Shown here: positions 11,789 through 25,120 of the stretch, piece after piece | Layout of the letters: each line of letters begins with the position of its first letter | Numbering within the stretch: the stretch's first letter is position 1 | DNA from: Octopus sinensis | Taxonomy: Eukaryota | NCBI RefSeq assembly: GCF_006345805.1 | Contig: NC_043005.1 | Span: 33,356,001 to 33,420,000, forward strand | Reading direction: 5' to 3' | Length of the DNA: 64,000 bases | Translations under genes and position numbers: made by a program | Notes under the pieces: generated by a model | Told to the model about the DNA's origin: nothing | Seen by the model: the letters and a program-made list of their open reading frames with translations, nothing else | The model's database searches: none

Positions 11789-13126
11789 TACAATATACTT
11801 ACAATATACCTATAATATACTACAATATATCAACAATATACCTACAATGCTGTGCCACTGATGTTAGCCATTGAAGTAAGTTCCACTCAAACAATTCAAT
11901 GTAGATTAAAACAACATCCTGTTAGTTTTCACTTTAAAAGCACAACAGATGTTAACCTCTCAGCCCTAGACTAACAAAATATTTCAGCTTCAAGAAAGAA
12001 ATTCAGTTTCAGCCCACCTAAATATTTTTGTTATATATATTATATATATATATGTGTGTGTAAGTGTGCATGAGCCTGTGTGTGTTGTGTATGTGCACAC
12101 ACACATACAAGTATGTATATGTGTATATGTATACACACATCTGGCCATAGAGCTGAATACTGTTGCTAGATTATTTTTCTTAATATATAGTGTTACTATC
12201 ATAGCCACAACATTCAACTGTTTCAAGTTTCATGTCCCAGTCCTTGAACTAACCTCAGATGGAGCCAGTAGAGGGAACAGATATCTCACTTGATTATTGT
12301 TCATCAGCATAGTTAGACATAGTGTTGACTTCCAGTTATCATGTGTGTGAGTTGGCCATGTACAGACTATTGTGAAGTCAAAGGAAGAGTAAGTTTATAT
12401 TTAGTCCTTCTTCAGGATGGAGAGAATGAACTTGGGCAGTGATTAAGGATCTGCCAAGCTACAGTATCAGTGCCTATACAACACCTTTGATTATATATCA
12501 GAATGAACAAAATCAGCTTCAAAACATGGCACATCAACTATAAGTCTACCTTAAACATACAGACAACAGATACAGCACAGCATTATCAAATCAGATATGA
12601 CACTTGAAAGATCACAATGTTAACAGCTTTAATATTGCCTGGTCTCTGCAGCAAGCCTGCAGCATATAAATCCCTTGAGCAAATTTCTATAACTTCTGTG
12701 ATGCTGAAAAATATTTTCATCACAGTCATCATTTAGCATCCATTTTCCATGCTGGCATGGGCTAAACAGTTTGACAGGAACTGGTTAAGCCAGAGAGCTG
12801 CTTTGTACATGTTACCAGCACTGGCCATAACTATGATTTCACTTAGCTTGACCTATCTTTTTAAGCACAGCAAATGACCAAAATTCTGTCACTTGTCATC
12901 ACCTCTGTGATTCAACATCTGAAGATCATATTTCACTGCATCATCTCATGTCTTCCTGGGTCTACCTTTTCCACAGGTTCTTTCCACAGTTAGAGACTGG
13001 CACTTCTTTATGCCGTTGTCCTCATCCATACACATCACATGGCCATACCAGCACAGTCTTCTTTCTTGCACACATTTGATGACCCTTATAACAAATGTTG
13101 CTCTTAAGACACTCACACTCTGTCAT

Positions 13127-16125
13127 ATCATCATCATCATCATCGTTTAGCGTCCGTTTTCCATGCTAGCATGGGTTGGACGGGTCAACTGGGGTCTGTG
13201 AAGCTGGAAGGCTTCGTCAGGCCCAGTCAGATCTGGCAGTGTTTCTACGGCTGGATGCCCTTCCTAACGCCAACCACTCCGCGAGTGTAGTGGGTGTTTT
13301 TTACGTGCCACCTGCACAGGTGCCAGACAGAGCTGGTGAACGGCCACGAACGGATGGTGCTTTTACGTGTCACCGGCTCGGGGCCAGGCGATGCTGGCAA
13401 CGGACACGGACGGATGGTGCTTTTACGTGCCACCGACACGGGGCCAGACAGAGCTGGCAAATGGCCACGAACGGATGGTGCTTTTACGTGCCACCGACAC
13501 GGGGCCAGACAGAGCTGGCCAACGGCCACGAACGGACGGTGCTTTTACGTGTCACCGGCACGGCGCCAGGCGAGGCTGGCAACGAACACGAACGGATGGT
13601 GCTTTTACGTGCCACCAACACGGGGCCAGGCAGAGCTGGCAAACGGCCATGAGCGAATGGTGCTTTTACGTATCACCGGCACGGGTGCCAGACGAGGCTG
13701 ACAGCGGACACGAACAGATGGGTCACTTAACCCCTGCTTTCTGATATATGATTTGATTTTGATTGTTCTCACTGGTCTTGCCGGGTCTTCTCACGCACAG
13801 CATACTTCCATAGGTCTCGGTCTCTGGTCATTTCCTTGGTGAGACCTAGAGTTCGAAGGTCGTGCTTCACCACCTCGACCCAGGTTTTCCTGGGTCTACC
13901 TCTTCCACAGGTCCCCTCAACTGCCAGGGTGTGGCACTTTTTCACACACCTATCTTCATCCATTCTCACCACATGACCATACCAGCGCAATCGTCTCTCT
14001 TGCACACAACATCTGATTCCTCTTAGGTCCAACTTTCTCTCAAGGTACTTACACTCTGTCGACTATGAACACTGACATTACACATCCAACGGAGCATACT
14101 AGCTTCATTTCTCGCGAGCTTACGCATGTCCTCAGCAGTCACGGCCCATGTTTCACTGCCATGTAGCATGGCTGTTCGTACACATGCATCATACAGTCTG
14201 CCTTTTACTCTGAGCGAGAGGCCTTTAGTCACCAACAGAGGTAAGAGCTCCCTAAACTTTGCCCAGGCTATTCTTACTCTAGCCGTTACACTTTCAGCAC
14301 ACCCACCCCCACTACTGACTTGGTCACCAAGATAACGGAAGCTATCAACCACTTCTAGTTTTTCCCCCTGGAAAGTGACGGAAGTTGTTTTCTGCAGATT
14401 TTCAGAGGTTAATGCTCCCGAGCATCTGCCACATACAAAAACCATCTTCCTAGTTAGCCTTCCTATGACATTGCTGCACCTCTTATGTGTCCATAGCTTA
14501 CACTTGGTGCATTTTATAGAGTTTCTACCTACACCTTTTCTACAGATCGAGCAGGCCATCTACCTGAAGGCGTTTGTGATTTGTCTACCTTCCTACTTAT
14601 TACGACTTTGGTTTTAGCTAGGTTGACTCTAAGGCCCTTCGATTCTAAACCATGCTTCCACACCTGAAACTTCTTCTCCAGTTCTGATAATGACTCAGCA
14701 ATTAGAGCAAGGTCATTAGCATAGAGGAGCTCCCAGGGGCATCCTGTCTTGAATTCCTCCGTTATTGCCTGGAGGACTATGATAAATAGGAGGGGGCTGA
14801 GGACTGAGCCTTGGTGGACCCCTACCTCTACCCGGAATTCTTCACTGTACTCATTTCCAACCCTCACCTTACTAGCAGCGTCCCTGTACATGGCTTGCAC
14901 AGCTTTCACTAACCATTCTTCTATTCCTAGTTTCCTCATTGACCACCATATGAGGGATCGGGGGACCCTGTCGAAGGCTTTCTCCATGTCAACAAAAGCC
15001 AGGTACATGGCCTTATCTTTGGCTAGGTATTTCTCCTGCAGCTGCCTTACCAGGAATATAGCATCAGTGGTACTTTTCCCTGGCACGAAACCAAACTGCA
15101 TCTCATCTAAACTAACTCTCTCTCTAATTAGTTGGCTTATGACCCTCTCTGTAACCTTCATCACCTGATCCAACAGCTTGATACCTCTGTAATTATTTGT
15201 ATCTAGGGCATCACCTTTACCTTTGTAGCAGTTGACTATTATGCTGCTACACCAGTCATTGGGTATGACTCCTTCATGTATCACCTGATTAACTATACAG
15301 GTGACTAGGCTATAGCCGACACTACCAGATATTTTGAGCATCTCTGCAGTGATACCTGATGGGCCTGGGGCTTTCCCTGTCTTCATGCTTCTAATTGCCT
15401 TAGCTACTAAGGAACTATCAACCCTGATAGCTGGTCCCTCTGTTGGGTCAACGTTCGGCAGACTCTCTTTATCCCATTCATTTTCTTTATTCAGCAACCT
15501 TTCATAGTGGCATCTCCAAGCCTCTCTCTTTGCATCCTCGTTTAGCGCAAGTGAACCATCTTCCATGCGAACACACTTCTCTCCCACCACATCACAATTC
15601 TCTCTCACACACTGTCTTGCAACGCGAAACACCTCCAGTCTTTGGTCCTCACGGCGCAGAACATTGGCAAATTTTTTCTTATCTGCTTCCCCTCTGGCTA
15701 GATAGACCTGTCTCCTAGCTTCCCTTTTAGCAGTCTGATACAATTCCCTGCTACCACCATTCTTCCAGTGCTTCCAAGTCTGTCTCTTTTCTCTAATAGC
15801 CCTGTCTACGACACTGTTCCACCACCACGTTACCTTGGGACGAGAGGGGACTTTGCACCAGCCACAGATCTGGTCAGTGGCTCTCAGCAGGTTGTCCCTT
15901 AGAAACGTCCAGTTGTCCTCTACACCATGTGATACACTATCCCCTTCTACTTCGTCAAAGGCTTCAAGTAACATGTCTCTAAATCTCTGTCCATTCACAG
16001 GATCCTTAAGCTTCCAGATCCTTCTTCTCCATGTTGGTCGTCTTCTGGTTGTCCTCCTACTCCTGATCCTAAAGTCACTAACTACCAGTCTATGTTGTGG
16101 GGTGCATTCTTCGCCTGGGAAGGTT
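13127..16125 (-). mobile_element. RTE-clade LINE, 5'-truncated, with PHD-like Cys/His cluster and 3' UTR tandem repeats
   Basis: QHRLVV (APE end), NYRGIKLL, QFGF, DMEKAFDRV, GVHQGSVLSPLLF, LYAND (mutated YADD), RRLRWYGHV, RGRPRKTW; frameshifts near 14545 and 14030; (GAT)n tail. Confidence 0.93.
13296..13720. repeat. Minisatellite of about 51-bp units in the RTE 3' UTR
   Basis: About 8 copies of GCCAGACAGAGCTGGCAAACGGCCACGAACGGATGGTGCTTTTACGTGCCACCGACACGGG-like units. Confidence 0.9.
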
Positions 16126-18965
16126 TGTGCATCCAAAACAGCAAACACCTTCAACACAAGGCTAGAGTTAATTTCTATATTGTTACCAACTCCAACAAAG
16201 CTGTAGAGCTAGACTAAATGCAAACATCCAATAAATCTGAATTCAATAGGCCACCATGTTGCTAATAAGACAAACAACAAATTCTTGAATCATTCTAAAA
16301 TTGATCAACACTGGCTGAGAGATATATTCATTCCAGCAGCCAACCTAGTTTGAGGATTATCTAGCGATCAGGATACAAAACTCTAAGTAACAAAATGCTG
16401 TAAGCTGGAACTATAATCCTAAGGGTGTGTATCTGTGTGCGTGTACACGCCTGTATGTGCATGTGTGTGCTTGAGTGTATATGTGTGTGTGTGCATGTGT
16501 CCGTGTTTGTGTATGTATGTGTGTGTATGTCTGTGAATATATGTATGTGTGCATGCTTGTGTGTGTTGGTATTTGTGTGCTATGCATAAGACAAAAAGAA
16601 CTGATTTGAGATGTGATGATAATAATGATGAGTTTAAAAGATGGAACATGATAATAATAAAAAAAAAGAAGAAAAAGTGTCTGCCAGTAAAAAGAGCTCA
16701 GCTGGAGGAGGAGGAGGAACACCCCCAGGTAGTCAGGTTAGGCAATCATAAAGAACCATTGTTTTTGTTGGCATCATTCCACTGTCCTGAAAGTTTTTAG
16801 GGGACCTCAACCACATTCTTACCATACACATACACACACGCAAAACACACACACACAGCTGTAAAACCTATTAACAGAAACTACAATATTTCCTATTTAC
16901 AGAAATTCAACTAATTATTTTTATAAGAGCTGTTATTGTAATTAGCAAACACCACTTCAACAACAACATAAGTGATAACAATGACAAATTCAAGTGGATC
17001 TTGGCCCACCTTGTCTGACATATTGATGGCTGGCGATTCCATCTATGCCAGAGGTAAAACTCAAATCAACAAAGGAGCCACTATATGACAGCTGCTGACG
17101 AGCTGACCTACTAGAAATAGAAGCCAAATTTCTTTCAAAATTATACTCAACCATTTTTAAGGAAAAGGTGGGATATATTGAATAATTTGGTCCAAGTAAA
17201 ACTGTTTGAAAAGGCAGGATGATCATGGCAGAAATACCTTTGACCATAAGTCTTCTCAACCATAACTGACCCAGGGCTAAACAAACAATATCAGCAACCA
17301 CTTGGTTGCATAATGTTAAATGCTAAATGAGTAAAAAGAGATGAAATTGTAGATTTATTAATGAAGAATCCATGTATGACTTGGAGTTATTCCATCTTCA
17401 TCAAACTTATTTTTGCGAGGTTAACATCTATTATTTGTTTAAGGAATGTTCTAGAAGGCAACTAACGCCTTTAAGAAACATTATCTTATTAAATAATATC
17501 AATAACTATGTACAATTTATTGTACTTCTTTTTATTTCTTTTTATTCTTTTATTTCTTCTAGTTTCTTCTTCTTTCCTGATCACATATATACAGTATTAG
17601 CTCATAGAGAATTTTTATTGAAAACCCATTGCGGTAAATTATAATTTTTATGAGGTAATATATTTAAAAATCAAATAAAACACTCCTCTCACTGAATATT
17701 TATTTATCTAATCCAATAGTTTTCGAATAGAGCATCACAAGTACCTAAGTGAGATATAGATTTGACTTTGGTATCCAACCACAGAAACTAAATGACACAT
17801 ACAAGCACCAATCTATAACAGTAGTGGCACCCAATAAGAAATGACTTTAACTGTGACAACCCATCCAGGCCATACATCATTAAAAGTAAACAGAAAATGA
17901 CAATCATTTAACCCTTTCATTAGTATATTTTTATTGAAATATACTGCCTTTACTTCAAGTAATAATGAAGAATTTATTAAGATAATTTGTCATTATAAAG
18001 CTGTTGTTTGGAGTATAATTAATATGAGTGTAATTAACATGAGTATAACTACCATGAAATTTAAAGGAAGATTGTATTATTTAGATTATTTAAAACAAGG
18101 AATTTGTATCATAGAATACCTGAGTCTCTTGAAACAAAACATGTTACTCATAGTTTTGTCCCACTCATAAATATGGTTGGTAAAATGACTTAAAGCAAGT
18201 ATTTTTCTATATTTTTTCTATATTTTAAATCTTAAAACTTTCTTTAACTTTCAATGTAAAGTTCACCAATAAGTTTTTATTTAATCATCAAGATGACTCA
18301 CAATGTCAAAACAGACTAGAATCACTGCTTTAGTTAATTGTAAAAGATTAAATGCCTGCAATAATTCTAAGAGGAATGATGATGTTGCAGTTACTGCTGC
18401 TGATGATGATAATGAATATGTATAATGACTACAGATCTTTAATCAAAGATGTCCCATCTCACCTTTTTTTCTTTTCAGGTAGTGTACCCAGCAATCTAAC
18501 CCCACCCTCTTATTATCACACCCCTCACCATATTCCCATACCTATCATACCCTTACCCTCACCATACACCAGATAATCCCAGGGCTGGTACTTAGTTCCA
18601 GTTTCATAACATTCAGCAGAAAAGTGACAGTAAATCTTCCCTCTCAATAGAATGTTGGTGTATCACAAAGATCATTCCCAGATGATCTCATTACACCAAT
18701 TCCTAAGAACTTAGTGAACTCAGTAATGGAAACTTAAATTTACATCATGTAAGTTAAATTGAACTCAAGACCAATGAGTTGATAGTTTAACTTGACTTTC
18801 ATTCAGCTGTTCTGCTTCTTACTATAGAATATAAGTGTCTCTTTATCTTATCAACCACAGATGAATGAAAGTCTACTAGTAAGACTTGAACCAGAAACCA
18901 GAAGGGTACTGAATGACCAACCATAGAACATCCAGTTTCATTTTCAATTGTCAAAGACATTTTTA

Positions 18966-20278
18966 TGTCAAAGGAAGGCTAACTAGGAAGATGGTTTTTG
19001 TATGTGGCAGATGCTCAGGAACAATAAACACTGAAAATGCTCTGAGACCAACTTCCGTCACTTTCCAGGGAGAAAAACTAGAAATAGTTGATAGTTTCCG
19101 TTACCTAGGTGACCAAGTCAGCAGTGGGGGCGGGTGTGCTGAAAGTGTAACTGCTAGAGTAAGAATAGCTTGGGCAAAGTTCAGAGAGCTCTTACCTCTA
19201 CTGGTGACAAAAGGCCTCTCGCACAGAGTGAAAGGCAGACTGTATGATGCGTGTGTACAAACAGCCATGCTACATGGCAGTGAAACATGGGCCGTGACTG
19301 CTGAGGATATGCGTAAGCTCGCTAGAAATGAAGCCAGTATGCTCCGATGGATGTGTAATGCCGGTACTCACACTCGGCAGAGTGTAAGTACCTTGAGAGA
19401 AAAGCTGGACCTAAGAAGCATCAGTTGTGGTGTGCAAGAGAGACGTTTGCGCTGGTATGGTCATGTGGCGAGAATGGATGAAGATAGTTGTGTGAAAAAG
19501 TGCCACACCCTAGCGGTTGAGGGAACCTGTGGAAGAGGCAGACCCAGGAAAACCTGGGACGAGGTGGTGAAGCACGACCTTCGAACTTTAGGTATCACTG
19601 AGGAAATGGCTAGAGACCGAGACCTCTGGAAGTGTGCTGTGCGCGAGAAGACCCGGCAGGACAAGTGAGTCCATAACCCGTGGCCTTCTACATGGGATGG
19701 AGCCAGCCTACGTATGCATACCTTCCCTTCTTGGGACACAAAACTCTACTTGTGAAGACGTGATGAGGCAAGTGAGGATCAGAATCGAAATCGATCAATG
19801 GAAATTGCGGATGTGCTACCAGTGCCGGTGGCATGTCAAAACTCTGCTTGTGAAGACCCGTTGAGGCAAGTGACGATCAGAATCGAAATCGATCAATGGA
19901 AATCGATCAATGGAAATTGCAGATGTGTTACCAGTGCCGGTGGCATGTAAGAGAACTTTCCGTTTCGCGACCGTTGCCAGCACCGCCCCGTTTCGTGTCC
20001 GTTGCCAGCCTCGCCTGGCCCTCGTGCCGGTGGCACATAAAAAGCACCATCCGTTCGTGGCCGTTTGCCAGCTCTGTCTGGCACCAGTGCGGGTGGCACG
20101 TAAAAAGCACCCACTACACTCACGGAGTGGTTGGCGTTAGGAAGGGCATCCAGCCGTAGAAACACTGCCAGATTTGACTGGGCCTGATGAAGCCTTCTGG
20201 CTTCACAGACCCCAGTAGAACCGTCCAACCCATGCTAGCATGGAAAACGGACGCTAAACGATGATGATGATGATGATG
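18966..20278 (+). mobile_element. RTE LINE, short 5'-truncated copy
   Basis: ORF 18913-19668 matches the C-terminus of the 13127-16125 element; (GAT)n tail; TSD ATTTTTA at 18959-18965 and 20279-20285. Confidence 0.92.
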
Positions 20279-22046
20279 ATTTTTACCATCCAGAGGCATA
20301 ATACTGAAGATTTACAAGGGAAAAGAGATGAAAATAGGAGGTATTTAAGCCTCTTCAAGAACATTAGCAATATGAAATTGGTATTGAATGTTGAATATAA
20401 AAGCCAGATGCTTTACATAGTATCTAATCAAGCTCAGTGCCTCCAGTATTTAAGTTCAAAACAAAGCAGAGTCACTTTGCTTTTCAACCTTCAAGTCAGA
20501 CTGGCATTCATGGTTGCAGTACCCGTGAAAATTCCCTGGATATTTTATAGAAGATTGTTGAAAGTTTATAGAGAACCATGAAATAAATAATTTCTTTTGA
20601 AACTGTATTTTTTCTGAAGTGCTTCATTCTTGAGATGGTATGAAGTCCACATAGACAGTACTGAAGGTACAGTCTTAGGAGAGAACACTGCTGAAAACTA
20701 TATTCATTATTAGACGCTTGTTACCTCTTCTATCTTTGAAAGTTATTGTCTATTATTTTTATGTTTACATCAAGAAATAAACACTGTTTAACTAATCTGC
20801 AATATTATTCTACTTTAGTACAAATAATTTGGCAAAGTTTCCACAAATGTTAATACTTTGTATTCCATCCTTATTTTCATATCAGAGAGTAGTGCATATG
20901 GCTGGTCTTGAACCCACAGTCCCAGTGAAGGAGGTACTGTAAGCAGTCCTACTGAGTTGTGGATTTTAATTACTAATATAGCACTAGCATAACTACATTA
21001 CTACAACATATGGTAGTATGTCACCACAACCTGCTAAGCCACTACAACTACTACTAGTAGTAGTAGTAGTAGTAGCAGCAGCAATAGTAGTAGTAATGGT
21101 AATAATCTATGTATAACACTGGTACTATATCTACTAACACCACCAATAACCTTAACACTATCTATACCATCACTAACAATATTGTCAACATGACCTCTAT
21201 AACCACCACTACAATCACCACCATCAATACTAGTACCATCACCACAACATGGCCACCATTGTCACCAACACCGTCACTATTATGATACCTATCACTATCA
21301 CTGCTACCTCATGCTAGAAATAGCAGCCAAATCTCCCTCAAATTACGCCCTAGCATCTTAGAAAAGGATACATAGAATAATATGGCATTGCATCCCCACT
21401 CTGCACATAGGATGGGCTAGTCACAATGAATACCTTTGATCATTGGTCTGCTTGATCAAGGATGACCTAGGGCTAAACAAAAACAACAGCTACAACAATT
21501 AACTCCACCATCTCTACCACCATGGGTACCCCATCACTGATACCATCACCATTCATACTATCATACTCACCACCAGCACCACAACACCAGTTGCCACCAC
21601 CATTAATACAACCACTACTACAACCATCACAACTGCTCTAGTGACATAGTAAACTGCTACCAACACCACACTAGTACTACTACTGTATGTATCATGACAA
21701 ACCCACAGCCAACACCATTACCACAACTAGAACCCTCACCACTACTCTGGCAGCATAGCAAATTCCCACCAACACCACAATTATCATTACTGTCTGTCTG
21801 TATGGTATTCATACCAGTACCACCCCCCGACACCACTGTCACTCCTTCAATCTCCACCACCATCACCACAGCCAGGATCATGCAACCATTACAAAAAAAA
21901 TACACCCCAGTCACCAAAGATAGCACAACTAGAACAGACAGCAGCTTCCCCAGTTATCAACAGAAATTATTTCAATGTACAACTGACAATATATGTGTGC
22001 AAATTAATATATATGTATGTGTGTGTGTGTGAATACACACACATAA

Positions 22047-22083
<37 letters not shown>

Positions 22084-22085
<2 letters not shown>

Positions 22086-23028
22086 GGGTTTCAAAAGTCT
22101 ATGTTACATTCTAAGAACTGTTATATCATGAACTACAAATAGTAGCATGATTGAGCTGGTACAATTGAAAAGCTAAAAGTGTCAAGCTTTCTTCTGTTAA
22201 TTTAATTTTAATTAAATCTAATTTAATTTTGTTTTTTTGTCTCTTTTCAGATCCAGTAATGGCATTCACAAAACAAGAGAAGTCGTTTTGCGTCCTAGAA
22301 TACACTGAAACTGAATCATGGACACGAGTCCAATGCAAATTTCACACAACATTTACCAAGTAGGCACCAGACAGAGGTTCCATTTTGAAATGGCATGTAA
22401 AATTTAAAGGGGAGGGTTGTTTGTGCCTAGCAAAGAGAACAGGACACCCCTGTGCAAAATTCATGGCAAATAGGTTTATCAGTGTCCTTCAACTGTTGAA
22501 CCAATTGCAGCTTGTGTGGTGTGAACTGCAGCCATCGCCTTAAGACATGCCAAACAGTTGTTGACAGGAGCTGAAGTTCTCAACTGTCTATTCTGACTGA
22601 TTTCTGGGGGTTGCACTGGAAGGCTTGCTGAACTTGTTCAACCGTATCATCTGAAGTTGAGGGATGTCCTATTCTCTTTGCCGGACACAAACACCCCTCC
22701 TCCTTAAATTTTGCATGCCATTTCAAAATGGAACATCTGTCTGGCGCCTGCTTGGTAAACATTGCATGAAATTTGCATTGAACACATGTCCATAATTCAG
22801 TTTTAGTGTATTTTAGAAAACAAAATGACTTCTCGTGTTTTGTGAATGACATTGATGGATCTGAAAAGAGACAAAAAAAACAAAATTAAATTTAATTAAT
22901 CAAATTAAAATTAACAGAAGAAAACTTGACACTTTTATCTTTTAGATGGTACCAGCTCAATCATGCTACCATTTGTAGTTCATGATATAAGAGTTCTTAG
23001 AATGTGTCATAAACTTTTGAAACACTAT
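22084..23028. mobile_element. Fold-back Tc1/mariner derivative made of two transposon 5' ends
   Basis: Arms 22084-22450 and 22660-23028 are inverted. Each encodes the HTH start MxFTKxEKSFC..ILKWH.KFK.EGCLC.AKR.GHP (DUF4817-like). Confidence 0.85.
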
Positions 23029-23214
23029 GCATGCATGTATGTATGCATGCATGCATGCATGCATGCATGCATGCATGCATGTATGTATGTATGTATGTAT
23101 GTATGTATGTATGCATGCATGCATGTATGTATGCATGTATGTATGTATGTATGTATGTATGCATGCATGCATGCATGTATGCGTGTATGTATGTATGTCT
23201 GTATGTATGTATGT

Positions 23215-24350
23215 CATTGTTCAGTTTTATTTCAAGATTTTTTGCTGCAAGAGAAAGAGCTGGTTTCTAACCTAGATCCAAGGCTCCTTCATTGACATTT
23301 CAACATCAACAACAGGATATTTTTGTTTGTATGTATGTGCAGATTTGTATGTTTTGCTCTATGTATGTATTCTTATGCATATAATTGCATAACTAGACAT
23401 GCTCATTTATATGTATATAAAGATGCTAAACTTCTGGAAAGTTTTACAAATTTTTACAGTTTCAGTGATGGATTGAATCTGTAATCTTCAAATTAGCTTT
23501 CTCCTTTCTGGTTTTGAGAAGCCTAATTTCTCAAGACTGGTATTTAAGCAGTATGTTACATATCCCAGGGTCCCAATGATTTCAGGTATAAACCTGAACT
23601 TGTAATCTGGATAGAATAACTGCAGATTTTTCCAGAGCTCAGCGTAGGTATTCTCTTTTTCACTATCTTCAGCTTTATGTTAACATCCACTGGGCAGTTA
23701 ATTTCTACAACTGTGCAGTTTCTCTTCTCTATACCAAATCATTATATCAGGCCTGTTGTGCTTACATTTTATTGAGGTCTTCACTGGGACATTCCACCAG
23801 TATTCCTTTTTATTATGAGTGGTTATGGCTTCTACCATATTGTGGGTTCTTATTTCTTTGTCCTCAGGGTTATCCTTCCAACGGATTTCATTATAGAGTG
23901 TCCTATCAACAACATCGTGTCTCATCGGTAGATAATACCATGATGACATTTTTGGACAACTGCTTACGATGTGGGTGATATCCTTGGAGTTAATTCAACA
24001 AAGTCTGCATTGGTTGTCAAATTTTACTGCTTTACCAGCATCTCTATCCCTTTTGTGCATCAGGAATTTGGCTGATATTTCCTGTTCCTGGATTGCAAAC
24101 ACATACCCATCAAAGTGGGAGGTAGCAATCCGGCTATTGGTCCATGATAGACTGCTTTCATGATCAATGTTACAATCATCTTGGAGTTTTCTACTAACAT
24201 ATCCATGCATAGTTTTCTGCTCATATAGTCTCATCCTGTCATCTGATGATATGTTTTAGAGCTTGTGACTTCTTTCGGCATGTATTTTAGGTTATCAGAC
24301 AAAACATGTTGCTCAAGGAGCTGCCTTCCAAGTCTTATGATGTTATTGTT
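23215..24350 (-). mobile_element. R4/Dong-type non-LTR retrotransposon 3' fragment (restriction-like endonuclease)
   Basis: MHG, FAIQEQEI, CRLC..THIVSSC (CCHC), RHD, HNRPDIMI motifs; many stops; flanked by ATGC/ATGT microsatellites. Confidence 0.8.
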
Positions 24351-24444
24351 GGATGCATGCATGCATGCATGCAGAAAAGAAATGTGCGGCCTACATAGAT
24401 TGACACAAGTTGTAAAAACATTATCTGTCTAAAGATAGATAATG

Positions 24445-24597
24445 TTTGGTTAAGAAGCTTGCTTCCCAACCATCTGGTCTTGGGTTCAGTCCCACTTCAA
24501 AGCATCTTAGGTTAAGTATCTTCAGCTATAGCCCTGGTCTAACCAAAGCCTTGTGAGTGAATTAGGTAGACAGAAGCTGAAAGAAGCACATCATATA

Positions 24598-24674
<77 letters not shown>

Positions 24675-25120
24675 ATGTGTACCCTTGTCTTGACATCATG
24701 ACTGTAAATGAGCATCATCATCATACAAACAATGTTATCTTTTATTTGTTTCAGTTATTAGACTGTGGTCATGCTGGGACACCACCTTAAATAAGTTTTA
24801 GTCAAATGCATTGACCCCAGTACTTATTATTTTTTAAGCCTGGTACTTATTCTATGGGTCACTTTTGCTGAACTACTAAGTTACAGTGACATAAACACAC
24901 CAATATTGGTTGTCCAATGGTAGTGAGGGACAAATACAGACACAAAGACACATACACACATATATGAAGGGCTACTTTCAGTTTCCATCTCCCAAATCCA
25001 CTCACAAGGCTTTGGTATGCCTAAGGCTATAGTTGAATGCACTTACCCAAGGTGCTATACAGAAGGACTGAAGCTAGAACCATGTGGTTGGGTAACAAGC
25101 TTCTTACCACACTGCCACAC
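24445..25120. mobile_element. Two adjacent family A SINEs in tail-to-tail orientation
   Basis: Plus-strand head at about 24445, minus-strand head ending at about 25120. Confidence 0.7.

Noticed and set aside
13176-13744. Repetitive ORFs and a CRISPR-like regular repeat pattern
   Set aside because: Tandem minisatellite in an RTE 3' UTR with no unique spacers and no cas genes; eukaryotic context.
21000-22032. Thr/Pro-rich mucin-like ORF
   Set aside because: Degenerate (ACC/ACT/ATC)n low-complexity tract with stops in all frames and no convincing splice structure.
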